Source: Gemmatimonadales bacterium (GTDB lineage: Bacteria; Gemmatimonadota; Gemmatimonadetes; Gemmatimonadales; GWC2-71-9). Taken from it: 64,000 bases of DNA. The stretch spans positions 832,001 to 896,000 of the forward strand of contig OZ252244.1 of assembly GCA_965249575.1 (NCBI GenBank). Reading direction: 5' to 3'. Position 1 is the stretch's first letter; each line of letters begins with the position of its first letter. The notes beneath the pieces are model-generated. The model was not told the origin of the DNA and did not search any database. It saw only the letters and a list, made by a program, of their open reading frames with translations. The translations under genes were made by a program, and so were the position numbers. Below are positions 29,510-40,564 of the stretch, in pieces.

Positions 29510-32072
29510 GAGTCCCGTTCAGTCTCGCGATGGCGTGGAGAGAGAGCCGGTCCAGCCGCAGGCGGATCGGTTTGTACATGGGATCCGTCAGCCTCGGTGT
29601 GGCGGCGCTCGTCGCCATCAACTCGTTCGGCGAGAATGTCTCGGCGTCCATCAGCGAGCAGTCGCGCGCATTGTTGGGTGCCGACCTCGAACTCCGGCGC
29701 CGTAGGCCCTTTCCACCGGCCATCGATTCGTTGCTGAACTCGCTACAGGCCCAGGGAGTGCCCACGTCGCGGGTAACGACTTTCGGTTCCATGGTGCTCG
29801 CGCCAGCGACCGACCTCACGCGGCTCTTCGAAATCCGCGCTGTGTCGGGCGGATTCCCCTACTACGGCACGATTACGACGGACCCGGCCGACCTTTGGTT
29901 CGGGTTTCGTAACGCGCCCCAGGCTCTCGTCGATCCGGCGGTGTTGATCCACCTGGACGCGCAGATCGGCGACACCCTACGAATCGGTTTGGCCGATTTT
30001 ACGATCGCCGGGGTCGTGACCAACCTGCCGGGAGACATCGGGCTCCGCACGGCCATCGGACCTCGGGTGTTCCTACCGGACCAGTACCTCGAGCAGACGG
30101 GTCTCCTCGAGCGGGGAGCCCGCGCCGGTACCGCGCCTACCTGCAGCTCAGCGACAACAAGGCGTTGCAGGGCTTCATCAACGGCCATAATGCGCTGTTC
30201 GATGAGTACCGCGTTGGGTTCGATACGGTCGGAGAAGAGGAAGAGGATTTGACGCGTGAGCTGGGCGCTCTTGCGAAGTATCTTGGCCTCGTAGGCCTCA
30301 TCGCGCTGCTTCTGGGCGGAATGGGTGTGGCGAGTGCGGTCCACGTCTTCGCGAAGGAAAAACTCGACACGGCTGCCGTGCTCCGGTGCTTGGGCGCCCG
30401 AGACGGCTCTGTCCTGAGCGTGTACCTCTTGCAGGCCGGGGCGCTAGGGCTCCTGGGTGCAATCCTCGGAGTCGTACTCGGCCTTGTGGTGCAACGGACG
30501 TTACCGGCAATCGTTGGCGAGTTCCTACCTCTCGAGGTCGCGGTTTCGATTGACTTGCCGACCGTCGCCGCCGGGCTCGCGATTGGCGTCTGGGTGGCGA
30601 TGCTGTTCGCCTTGCTCCCACTGCTCGCACTGCGCAAAGTCCCTCCGCTTCGCGCGTTACGCCACGACACCACGGTCGATCGATCGGCACCGGACCCCTG
30701 GAAGCTTGCGGCCTACGGCGCCCTGGCGGCGGGCGTCTTGCTGCTGAGCCTGTGGCAAGCCCCTAGCCGCCCGGTGGGGTTCTGGTTCGCGGCCGGAATC
30801 GCCGCGACAGCCGGATTGCTATGGCTGACGGCGGTAGCTCTAATGCGAGTGACCCGTCGCTACTTCCCCAGACGCGCGCGGTACGTCGTCCGCCAGGGGA
30901 TCGCCAATCTGTTCCGTCCCCAAAACCAGACCGTCGCCGTCATTCTCGCGATTGGCTTCGGGGTGTTCCTCATCGCGACCCTCTACGTCGTGCAGCGCAA
31001 TCTCCTGGCTCAATTCGCGCTCGACGAGCGCCCCGATCGGCCGAATCTGGTCATCTTCGACATCCAAGACGACCAACGGGAAGGCGTCCTCCAGCTCATG
31101 CGCGAGCGAGGTCTCCCGGCGCCTGACATCACCCCGATCGTCCCGGCACGCATATCCCACGTGAACGGACGGACTGTCCAGGAGATCCTCGACGGCCCGG
31201 ACGTGCGGGGACGGTGGGCCTTTCGCCGCGAGTATCGGAATACCTACCGCGACACGCTCGTCGATTCGGAATCCATGGTCGCCGGCCGGTGGTGGAGCGA
31301 GGAGCGGCGTCCCCCGCCCGAAGGCGTTGCTGAGCCCGGCGCGTCCCGCCCCGCACTGATCTCGATAGAAGAGGATGTCGCGGATGAGCTCGGGGTTGGC
31401 CTCGGAGACCGAGTGACCTGGGACGTACAGGGCGTCCGGATCGAGAGTGAGATCGTGAGCCTACGCAGTGTGGTATGGGCTCGCTTTCAGCCAAACTTCT
31501 TCGTGGTTTTCGAGCCGGGGGTCCTCGAGAGCGCCCCGCAGATGTCAGTCGTCATGACGCGAGCCGAAGACCTGACCGAGCGAGCCGAGATCCAGCGTGA
31601 CCTCGTTCGGTCATATCCCAACATCTCCGCCCTGGATCTCACCCTGGTCCAGCGCTCGCTCGACGAGATACTGGGCAAGGTGTCGATGGCAATCCGCTTC
31701 ATGGCGCTCTTCAGCATTGCCAGCGGGATCATCATCCTGATCGGCGCCCTGACAACATCCCGCTTCCAACGCATCAAGGAGGCGGTACTGCTCAAGACCA
31801 TCGGCGCCGGCTCTCGCCAGATCCGCCAGATCCTGCTCGTTGAGTATTTGGCTTGGGGCTCGCTGGCGGCGCTGACGGGTGTGCTCCTCGCGGGCGTTGC
31901 TGGATGGGCGGTGACCACCTTCGTTTTCGAGTTCACCTTCCACCTCCCATCGGCCCAGCTCGCCGCGCTCTGGATCGGCGTCTGTGTCCTGACGGTCGGT
32001 ATCGGCTTTGCGAGCAGTGGCGAGGTCCTGAGGCGCACGCCACTGGCCGTGCTGCGGGAGATGAGTGAATAG
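29506..32072 (+). CDS. ybbP: ABC transporter permease (YbbP/FtsX-like), one frameshift near 30125
   Basis: ORFs 29506-30252 and 30165-32072 join into one permease of about 850 aa; A.LRCLGA, PN.VIFDIQ, PNFFVVF. Confidence 0.85.
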
Positions 32073-32171
32073 GGATGGGATCGTACGGGCGGCCTCGGTC
32101 GCCGGCGCGGCCGGGCACCCTCACACAACCATCGATCGACGCGCGCTAGGGGGCGGGAAGGCCCGGCCGCG

Positions 32172-32243
32172 TGCCCCCAAGGGGAATCGAACCCCTGTTC
32201 CCACCTTGAAAGAGTGGTGTCCTAGCCGTTAGACGATGGGGGC
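32172..32243 (-). tRNA. tRNA-Glu (anticodon TTC)
   Basis: GCCCCCA…TGGGGGC acceptor stem, anticodon loop CTTTCAA, T loop GGTTCGATTCC; CCA not encoded. Confidence 0.95.
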
Positions 32244-32278
32244 TACGGGTCCGCCGGCGCCGCGGGCCGGTGGGCCAG

Positions 32279-32351
32279 TAGCGGTAACGGGATTCGAACC
32301 CGTGTTTCGGCCTTGAGAGGGCCGCGTCCTAGTCCCCTAGACGATACCGCC
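32279..32351 (-). tRNA. tRNA-Glu (anticodon CTC)
   Basis: GGCGGTA…TACCGCT acceptor stem, CGGCC-CTCTCAA-GGCCG anticodon arm, GGTTCGAATCC. Confidence 0.95.
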
Positions 32352-32437
32352 AGACGGAAACCGGGCGCGAAATATATCACCCGCCTGTGCGACCGACGCA
32401 ACCCGCGGCAGGGCGGCCGTCGGTTGGTTCAGACGGT

Positions 32438-32912
32438 CTACGGTACGCCATCTGGCCCTGACCGAGCCCGCGCGGCGTCCAGGCTCCAGGGATATGGCCC
32501 CAGCACTGACAGCGCGAAGGCCCCGGCGGCGGCGCTCAACACCGACGCGTCCAACGCCGATTTCAATCCGGTGCCAACGGTCATCCCCAGCCCGAAGAGC
32601 AGGAGCAGCACACCGCTCAGCCACGCAGCGGTCCGCGTGAACAAACCCAGAATGAGGGCGACACCTAAGGCGACTTCAGCCAGCGTGGCCGTCCACGCCA
32701 GCACCGGAACGAGCGCGTCAGGCGCATACGGATTGATGGTGCCGGTATATGCAACGAACCGGTCGAAGTCCCCCCACGCAACGCTCGGCTCGCCGCGCGC
32801 CCCCCAGAGGCCCGAATCGGTCGGCTACGGCCGAGAGGAACGCCGCGCCCAACGTGAGGCGGAGGAACACCGATCCGAAGCGCGCTACGGCGTTCGCCAT
32901 GTACCGTTGCAT
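32438..32912 (-). CDS. DoxX-like membrane protein, one frameshift near 32812
   Basis: FLRLTLGAAFLSAVADRFG|LWG…AWGDFDRFVAYT…ATLAEVALGVALILG. Confidence 0.75.
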
Positions 32913-32941
32913 CTAACCTGCCTGGTGACTGGGGAGGGAAC

Positions 32942-33478
32942 CTACCACGAATAGTAATAAGCCGTCCACGTGGGAGCATCGAAGTCCGCCACGAGCGTTC
33001 GCACGAGCTCTTCCATGGTGGCCCTGAGATTCCCAGTGCTGAACCGGTAGTTGAGGATCTGGACGCCAACGAACCCCGACACCTTCCCCCTGAGCGCAGG
33101 GAGGTTGAGCGGCGTCGATGATGCAACGATGAACAAGACCGGCCCACCGAAACGGCGGTCGGGCCCGACGAGCGTCGTGTCCAGCCGGGGCAAGACTACG
33201 TGGCTCCCGGCTTCAAAGAATTGTTTCTGATCCAATTCGTACGGGTAGAACGCCTGCACGAGCCCCCGCGTGAACACCAGGAATACCCCCACGTGAGACG
33301 GCTCGTCGAGTTCGAAGGTGACGCCGCCGCGGGCAGCCCAGAACGGGGTGTCAGCTCTGATCACCAAGCGCGGATCGTCCCGAGTGAGGACCCCGAGCCG
33401 ACCCACGCGGGGCGGGGCGCCACACCCGATCACCCCGACGATTGTGGATACGGCGAGCAAGCCAGCCTGAGTGCGCAC
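32942..33478 (-). CDS. Hypothetical lipoprotein (possibly DUF4384-like)
   Basis: GGGGGA SD, lipobox VIGC, beta-rich body with FYP and FIVASSTP. Confidence 0.6.
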   Translation of the reverse strand: MRTQAGLLAVSTIVGVIGCGAPPRVGRLGVLTRDDPRLVIRADTPFWAARGGVTFELDEPSHVGVFLVFTRGLVQAFYPYELDQKQFFEAGSHVVLPRLDTTLVGPDRRFGGPVLFIVASSTPLNLPALRGKVSGFVGVQILNYRFSTGNLRATMEELVRTLVADFDAPTWTAYYYSW

Positions 33479-33638
33479 GCCATCCCCCCTGTATCGTTCT
33501 CATGCGGCGGGTACCGATCCCACCCCAACCTATCCAGCTTCCGGGATCGCCAACACCCCGGGAGTTCGGTATGAGGCGCTCTTTGCTACCTTTGGGAACC
33601 ACCGCTGGTCGGCGGAATCCCGAACCGAGGAGTTTCGA

Positions 33639-34217
33639 ATGCGCTCCGTTTGTCTCGCAGCGTTTTCACTCGCCATGATCGTGGGCCCGATTCACGGCCA
33701 GGCCCAACCTCGCGAGGGCTTCTGGATTGGATTCGGGGCTGGCGGTGGGTGGAACACATCGGAGGGACTGGACGGCAACCGGCGCGGCGGGGGCGCGTTT
33801 CACTTTCGCCTCGGCGGCACGCCGAGTCCCAACGTACTCATCGGCGCCGAGTTCATTGGCTGGAACCGAGTCTGCAGGAGCTTCGTATTCGCCTGCAAAG
33901 AGGGGGGCATTACCGTCGGGCGTGGAAACGTGACGCTCTTGGTCCTGTTGTTTCCGAGCCGGACGGGCGGATTCTATGTGAAGGGCGGGATCGGGGGATC
34001 AAGTGCTACGGTCGTCACGAACGTGCTCGGAGCCAACGTGAGCGCTAAAAAGGACGGATTCGGTGCTACGGTGGGGACCGGGATAAACATCAGGCTCGGC
34101 TCGAACTTGTATCTCACACCCGGGCTCGATTGGCTGTTCCAGGCGTTCGACGCCGGGCAGAACCTTGCATCGACGAACACGTTGTTCCTCATCACGCTGG
34201 GATTGACATGGCACTGA
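33639..34217 (+). CDS. Small outer-membrane beta-barrel protein
   Basis: GAGGAG SD, signal peptide, alternating Gly/aromatic strands, C-terminal LGLTWH. Confidence 0.78.
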   Translation: MRSVCLAAFSLAMIVGPIHGQAQPREGFWIGFGAGGGWNTSEGLDGNRRGGGAFHFRLGGTPSPNVLIGAEFIGWNRVCRSFVFACKEGGITVGRGNVTLLVLLFPSRTGGFYVKGGIGGSSATVVTNVLGANVSAKKDGFGATVGTGINIRLGSNLYLTPGLDWLFQAFDAGQNLASTNTLFLITLGLTWH

Positions 34218-34341
34218 CCTAGCGTGCCTCCGCCGTCGTATACCTTGACGGAAGGACGCCCTATCATCGACGACATGGGCGGAGAGCGGGTGCGCAAGAG
34301 TCGACGTGGCTCGGCAACCCCCGAGCGACGCTGGAGACGCC

Positions 34342-36833
34342 ATGCCTGAGCCGGCACTCGTCACCACCGTTGTCGCTATCGTCGGTCTTCTGCTCGTGGC
34401 CGCGCTCGCCGCGATCGGATTGAAACGCCTCCGCCTCCCATATACCGTCGGACTGGTAATCGTCGGGTTACTGTTGGGTGGCCTGGCCAATGTGTTTCCC
34501 GCACTCGGGGTGTTGCGCGACATCGAGTTGTCGCCCGATGTCATTCTGTTCGTCTTTCTGCCGACGCTCATCTTCGAGTCGGCGTTCAACCTCAACAGCC
34601 GGCTCTTGTCTCAGAATCTCGCGCCGGTCCTCGCGTTGGCCGCGCCAGGGCTCCTCTTGTCCACCATGCTCGTGGGCTTCCTGGTCAGCTGGACGACACC
34701 ACTGGAGCTCGGCCCGGCGCTCCTGTTCGGCGCATTGATTTCGGCCACCGACCCCATTGCGGTCGTGGCCCTGTTCAAGGAGCTGGGTGCGCCGAAGCGT
34801 CTCGCCATCCTCGTCGAGGGCGAGAGCCTATTCAATGACGCCACGGCAATCGTGCTGTTTCAGATCGTCCTCGCGGTGCTGGCCGGCGGCATCCTGAGCG
34901 TGGCCACCGTGGGCGAGGGCATCGCGGAATTCGCGTTCGTGTTCGGCGGAGGCCTCGCCGTCGGCGGTACGGTCGGCTATCTGATGGTTCGATCCATCGC
35001 GCTCGCCGACGATGATCCCCTCGTCGAGGTGGCGCTCACAACGGTCGTCGCATACGCGGCGTTCATTACCGCCGACCACTATCTGCACGTGTCCGGGGTC
35101 ATGGCGACCGTCGGAGCCGGGTTGGTGGTTGGTACCATGGGTTCTACGCGTTTTACGCCCGAAGTGCGGGCCTATCTGCATCAATTCTGGGAATACGCAG
35201 CATTCGTCGCCAACGGATTCATCTTCCTCTTAGTTGGACTGAGTGTGCGTCTGAGCGGAATCACAGAGCACGTGGCTCCGATCGGCTGGGCGATCGTTGC
35301 CGTGATGGTCGCTCGTGCAGTCACGGTCTTCGGACTGACCAGTCGCCTGCCGGGCGCGGAGCCCATCGACACGAGGCACCAGACCGTTCTCTGGTGGGGA
35401 GGGCTTCGCGGGGCGGTCGCGCTCGCGCTGGCCCTGAGCCTCCCCACGGCGTTCGCGAGCCGCGAACTGATCATCGCGATGGCAGTAGGCGTGGTCCTCT
35501 TCACGCTTTTGAGCGGTGGCCTGACCATGGGGCCGCTCATCCGATGGCTCGGACTCGACAAGCCGACGCTCGTCGAACGCGTGGCCCGGGCACAGGCGGC
35601 CGTGGCGGCGAAGCGGGAGGGACTCTCGAGGATTCTGCAGGCGGCGACCGCCGGCATTTCTCGAGTGGCCTCATTCGAGACGTCGAGCGCACTGCCCAGG
35701 CGGGGCTCGCGGCCGCTGAGGACCGTCTGGCAACACTTCGGAGCGAATGCCACACCGACGAGATGCAGTCCGTGCTCTGGTCGGAGGCCTTCACAACGGA
35801 GCGGCACGCATACCGAGATCTATTCGACCGGGGGGGGATCTCCGAGCCCGTGCTACGCGAGCTGGAGCTCGCGGTCGAGTTGGAACGCGACACGCTGAAG
35901 CGGGGGAACTATCCGGTCGAGCTGCCATCGGCAATGCCGATAGAGGTTCGCATCGTTGATCACCTGGCGCGGTGGACCGAACGGGTGCTGCCCACCATCC
36001 GGCCGGTTCAGCATCACCGCCTGCGAGCCCTCGCCGCAAGATATGAGCACGATTTCGCGGTCGTGGAGGCCAGTCGCCGCGTCGCCACGGAAGTCCAACG
36101 TCTTGCCGAGCTGCTGGGTCTCGATCGGTCCGTGGCCGAGCGGTGCCAGAGCGCGTACGAGCGTCGTGGCGAAACGGCGATGCGGCGCATCGATTCGATT
36201 GCGGAACACTTTCCAGAGTACGTGGCAGCCGTACAACAGCAAACCGCGCGGCGAATGGCGCTGGATGGCGAGGCGGATGCGATCGACCAACTCGCCTCGG
36301 CCGGCGGCATTCCGGAGTCGGTCGCCCAAGAGGCCCGCCGGGCGATCACCTTGATGCAGCGGGATCTCATGCATCAACCGGTTTCCGCCCTGCGGCCCCG
36401 GCCGGCCGAGCTGTTGGCGCGCGTACCGTTCTTCGGGAGCCTCGCATCGGACGACTTCGATCGGGTCGTCAACGCCCTCGTGCCCCGCACGCTCCTAGCG
36501 GGAGAAACGATCATTCGGCAGGACGAACGCGGTACGTCGTTATTCCTCATTGCGCGGGGCGTCGTTGCCGTGATGATCGAGCAGGCAGGCGAGGCGCCGG
36601 AGCGGGTCGCCTCGCTCCACGCTGGGGACTTCTTCGGTGAGATGGCGCTCCTCACGGCGGAACGCCGGAGCGCCACCGTTCAGGCAGTCACGGACTGTCG
36701 GCTCTTCGAGCTTTCGAAACCCGACGTCGACAGACTGTGCGACGTCTGTCCCGGCATCAAGGATGCGCTTCTGGAGGCCTATCGGGTCCGGAAAGCAGAG
36801 CAGGATCCCGACACGGCCGCATCAGCTCCATGA
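34342..36833 (+). CDS. CPA1 Na+/H+ antiporter with C-terminal cyclic-nucleotide-binding domain, one frameshift near 35650
   Basis: FLPTLIFESA, SATDPIAV, EGESLFND, GGLRGAV; GDFFGEMALL…RSATV. Confidence 0.85.
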
Positions 36834-36840
36834 CATCCCC

Positions 36841-37698
36841 TCAGCGGTCGTTCGCGGCGAGCCATCGATACATCGCCCTGACGTTCATCGAAAGCCAGTC
36901 GTCGTAGCGATCCCACTGTTCGTAGTCCGGCAGCCGCACCTCCTGGGCCGCCCGGTCTTCACTCCATCCGTCCTGGAGGGCCCTTCCGGCAGCAACCCGG
37001 ACGTCGTCGTAATACCGGATCTGGCGCTCGACGCTCGCCCGGTCACCAGGGGGGCCGTGCCCGAATACGACCGTATCGAACTCGAGCGTCGCGAGCCCGT
37101 GCAAGGTGTCGAAGAAATCGGGGAAGTAGTGGCTCGGCAGGTCCCGGTAGCCCACCCGGTCGTTCGCAACGAAATCGACCGCGAACGCTATCCGCTCGGC
37201 CGGCAGGAGCGCAACGATCATGTTGTCGCTGTGGCTTCGGCCCAGGAAGTGCAACTCGATCGTCTTTCCCCCGAAGTGGAGGGCCATGCGATCACTGAAC
37301 GTGAGGTCTGGGACGGGGAGATCGGGATCGTCCGCGCTGCGTATCCGGTCGACGGCGAGCTGATGCGCGATGATCGGGGCGCCCCGACCCAGGCGCTGCC
37401 GCAGGACGTTCGCTCCGGTGGCATGATCGGCATGATGGTGACTGTACACGACGGCCAGCAGTGGCGCTCCCGGGGCCACCCGCTCGATCTCGGTCGCGAA
37501 CCGTCCTGCCGCTTCTACCGAAATCGGGTCGAACGCCACGACGCCCTCCGGCGTGACGACAAACAGCCCGTTGTGCGACTGGTGCCGGAACCGGTAGACG
37601 CCCTCGGCAATGGTGGTTGTCTCGAAATTCTGCGCCCCCAGCTGGTGGACCGGTAGCAGCACCGGTATCAGTAACGTCACAACGCGCAGTTGCGTCAT
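36841..37698 (-). CDS. Secreted MBL-fold metallo-hydrolase
   Basis: SHHHADH, SHS, FGHG; signal peptide. Confidence 0.85.
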   Translation of the reverse strand: MTQLRVVTLLIPVLLPVHQLGAQNFETTTIAEGVYRFRHQSHNGLFVVTPEGVVAFDPISVEAAGRFATEIERVAPGAPLLAVVYSHHHADHATGANVLRQRLGRGAPIIAHQLAVDRIRSADDPDLPVPDLTFSDRMALHFGGKTIELHFLGRSHSDNMIVALLPAERIAFAVDFVANDRVGYRDLPSHYFPDFFDTLHGLATLEFDTVVFGHGPPGDRASVERQIRYYDDVRVAAGRALQDGWSEDRAAQEVRLPDYEQWDRYDDWLSMNVRAMYRWLAANDR

Positions 37699-37731
37699 AC
37701 GATTCCTCCTCAGTGTCGACGTCCCATGCGG

Positions 37732-38424
37732 TCACTGCCCTGCTTCGTGTCGGTTGCCCAACCAGTCCACGAGATCTTCGAGCGCTGGCACCGTCACCAA
37801 CGGCGTGACGGGTCTCGGGGGCGCGCCGCCGTGCCGGTTGATCCACGCTGCAGGAATCCCCAGGGTGCCCGCGGGCTCGATGTCGTGGAAAACGCTTTGC
37901 GCCGCGTGCAGCCAGCGGCGGCCGGCGATCATCAAGTCTCGAGCCGCGAGAAAATGGGCCGGCGCGGGTTTATACGACTTCACCCGTTCCGCGGTGACGC
38001 AGAACTCGAATTCGACCGTGAAGTGTTTCAGCGTCGCCGACAACAAGTCGTCGTCGATATTGGAGAGAATCCCCAGCCGGTAGCCCGCCTTCACGAGGTA
38101 TTCGAGCGACCGATTGGTGTCGGGGAACGGCGGCCAGTGCGGCAAGCTCTCCGCGAGGAAATCTCCGTGATCGGGCGCAAGTGTCCACCCGAGGCGTTGG
38201 GCCACAATCCGCGCCGTCTGGCGCAATACCTCGCGATAGGATTGGTAGCGGCCTCGCTGCACCTCGGGCTCCACCTCGGCGTGCGTCCGCACGATCTCCT
38301 CGCGATCGAGCGTGTGACCCACACGCCCACCTTCGGTCATGAAGGCGTTCGCGATTCCAGACTCCCAGTCGATGAGCGTCCCATAACAATCGAACGTGAT
38401 GACCTCAGCGACGTGGCTGATCAC
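37732..38424 (-). CDS. HAD-family hydrolase (haloacid dehalogenase type II-like)
   Basis: FDCYGTLIDWE, LSNID, SYKP, HD. Confidence 0.9.
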   Translation of the reverse strand: MISHVAEVITFDCYGTLIDWESGIANAFMTEGGRVGHTLDREEIVRTHAEVEPEVQRGRYQSYREVLRQTARIVAQRLGWTLAPDHGDFLAESLPHWPPFPDTNRSLEYLVKAGYRLGILSNIDDDLLSATLKHFTVEFEFCVTAERVKSYKPAPAHFLAARDLMIAGRRWLHAAQSVFHDIEPAGTLGIPAAWINRHGGAPPRPVTPLVTVPALEDLVDWLGNRHEAGQ

Positions 38425-39092
38425 TTGGGAAAATTTAGGCTCTCGCCTGGCTCCAGGACCTCGACCTTCATCCCCTTTGGGGTGAAGCCCGAGGCGTCCT
38501 GAACGAGGAGGGGCCAGGTTTTATAATGCATCGGCACGGCCACCTTCGGCGCGATCAATTCGGCCGCCCGCGTGGCGAGCTCCGGCCCCATCGTAAACCG
38601 GTCCCCGATTGGAACAAGGGCGATGTCCGGCCGGTAGATCTCACCGATCAGCTTCATATCGCCGAACACCGACGTGTCACCACAATGGTACACCGTCGCC
38701 CCACCCAGACGCACGATCACGCCACACGGCATTCCCATGTATCGACCGTTGTAGGAGGATGAGTGGAACGCCTGCGTGAACGCGACCCAGCCGAAGTCAG
38801 CGGTGATCTTTCCACCGGGATTCCCTGCCTCGGCCTTCACTCCTTGCTCCCCGAGGAAGTCGGCGATTTCGAAAGCAGCGAACACCGTCGCGTCGTTGGC
38901 CTTGGCGATCGAGACCGTGTCACCAACGTGATCGGGATGGCCGTGGGTCAACGCGACGTACTGACACTCGATATCCTCCGCCTTCATGGCGGCGGCCGGA
39001 TTGTCAGTGAGAAACGGGTCAATGGCCACCGTCGTCGATCCGTCGCTCACGAGATACGCGGCGTGGCCGAGAAAGGTCAGCGTGATTGCCAT
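38421..39092 (-). CDS. Metal-dependent hydrolase (MBL fold, UPF0173-like)
   Basis: GHA, IDPF, THGHPDH, AFHSS, YHCGDT, PMHY. Confidence 0.9.
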   Translation of the reverse strand: MAITLTFLGHAAYLVSDGSTTVAIDPFLTDNPAAAMKAEDIECQYVALTHGHPDHVGDTVSIAKANDATVFAAFEIADFLGEQGVKAEAGNPGGKITADFGWVAFTQAFHSSSYNGRYMGMPCGVIVRLGGATVYHCGDTSVFGDMKLIGEIYRPDIALVPIGDRFTMGPELATRAAELIAPKVAVPMHYKTWPLLVQDASGFTPKGMKVEVLEPGESLNFPK

Positions 39093-39177
39093 GCGCGGTT
39101 GACTCCTCTCAATGAGTTCAGTCGTCGCCGGTCAAGATCAATGCTAGGCTCTCGCGACGGCGGAGGCAACGCGGGCA

Positions 39178-39424
39178 GGCCTTGAGTATGGACTTCGCGT
39201 GTTCAACAAGATGGATGCCACGAACCCGTATACAGTCGGATACTATGACACCTACGATGGGCCTGATGGTTTGAACTCAGCTAGGGTCCTTGGATCGGTT
39301 TTCAACGGCGCGTGGGGAATCGACGGGTGGAACGGCCATACCTGGGGGATGCCCAACGTCTCCAGCGCCCCGGATTGGGACAACGGCCCGGCTGGCGCCC
39401 CCCCCGCCAGCCCGGGCGAGCTGA
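39178..39424 (+). pseudogene. C-terminal fragment of a paralogue of the 20985-22385 protein, with an internal deletion
   Basis: TNPYTVGYYDTYDGP and GWNGHTWGMPNVSSAPDWDNGP match the intact gene; no N-terminal part. Confidence 0.85.
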
Positions 39425-39448
39425 AGCACCGGCCCGGCGCACACACCG

Positions 39449-40564
39449 TTAGCGAAGGCGGTCCATCCCGCCCTCGATCTCGCGCCGCTTACCGGACCCC
39501 TCCTCGAACACGTGCAAGCGGTCGAGTCGAAAGCGCAGTCCGATCGCGGCGCCCTCGCGCAAGTCCAGTTCGTCGCTCGTAACGATCCGGACTGGCTCCC
39601 GCTCAGGGACGTTGCGCAACGCGACATGGATCAGGACCTCACTCCCGAGCGGTTCCACGATGTCCACCTCTCCTTCAACGTCGGCGTGCACACTGTCGAC
39701 GATGTCTATGTCGTTTGGCCGAATGCCCATAACGAGCGGGATGTTCGGCACCTCCTCGGCGTCCATCTCCAGTTCCAGCACCCGAGATGACAGGCGCGCC
39801 CTGCCCTCGTTCGCGGTCGTCCGACACGGAAAGAGGTTCATCGAAGGCGACCCGATGAACTTCGCAACAAACATGGAGGATGGACGTCGGTACACCTCGA
39901 CGGGGGAATCCACCTGCTCTACCGACCCCTCGTGCATCACGGCGACGCGATCGCCCAGAGTCATCGCCTCCTCCTGATCGTGCGTAACGTACAGCATCGT
40001 AGCCCCCAGCCGCCGGTGCATGCGGGCCAACTCGGTGCGGGTTTGCACACGAAGCGTTGCGTCGAGATTCGACAGCGGCTCATCGAACAAGAAGGCCTTG
40101 GGCTGTCGGACCATGGCCCGCCCCAACGCCACACGCTGACGCTGCCCCCCTGAAAGCTGCCGGGGCCGGTGGGGCAACTGTTCGTATATCCCCAGGGCCC
40201 GCGCCACCTCCTCGACACGCCGTTCCCTGATGGCCGCGGGCACCCGTCGCACGCGGAGTGGGAACTCCAGGTTCTCGCGGACAGTCTTGTGCGGATACAA
40301 GGCGTACGACTGGAACACCATCGCGATATCGCGGTCTTGAGGGGCGACGGTGGTGACGTCTTGGTCGCCGATGTATATACGTCCGGAGGTCGGCGCTTCC
40401 AGACCAGCCACGAGCCGGAGCGTGGTGCTCTTTCCACAGCCAGAGGGACCGACCAGCACCAGCAGCTCACCGTCCGCCGCTTCCAGGTCGATCTCCCGAA
40501 CTGCCGGCCGGCTCCCCGCGAAGGTTTTCGTTATTCGATCGAGGCGAATCCTGGCCACCTTCAC
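39449..40564 (-). CDS. Sugar ABC transporter ATP-binding protein (MalK/SugC-like)
   Basis: GPSGCGKS, VFQSYALYPH, LSGGQRQR, FDEPLSNLD, TOBE-like tail. Confidence 0.93.
   Translation of the reverse strand: MKVARIRLDRITKTFAGSRPAVREIDLEAADGELLVLVGPSGCGKSTTLRLVAGLEAPTSGRIYIGDQDVTTVAPQDRDIAMVFQSYALYPHKTVRENLEFPLRVRRVPAAIRERRVEEVARALGIYEQLPHRPRQLSGGQRQRVALGRAMVRQPKAFLFDEPLSNLDATLRVQTRTELARMHRRLGATMLYVTHDQEEAMTLGDRVAVMHEGSVEQVDSPVEVYRRPSSMFVAKFIGSPSMNLFPCRTTANEGRARLSSRVLELEMDAEEVPNIPLVMGIRPNDIDIVDSVHADVEGEVDIVEPLGSEVLIHVALRNVPEREPVRIVTSDELDLREGAAIGLRFRLDRLHVFEEGSGKRREIEGGMDRLR

Noticed and set aside
32107..32171. Inverted repeat CGCGGCCGGGC/GCCCGGCCGCG downstream of the tRNAs as a MITE
   Set aside because: Pure GC 11-mer, single occurrence, no target-site duplication; more likely chance or a terminator-like structure.
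32172..32351. tRNA-Glu pair as an integration site for an island
   Set aside because: No integrase and no duplicated tRNA 3' end found in the window.
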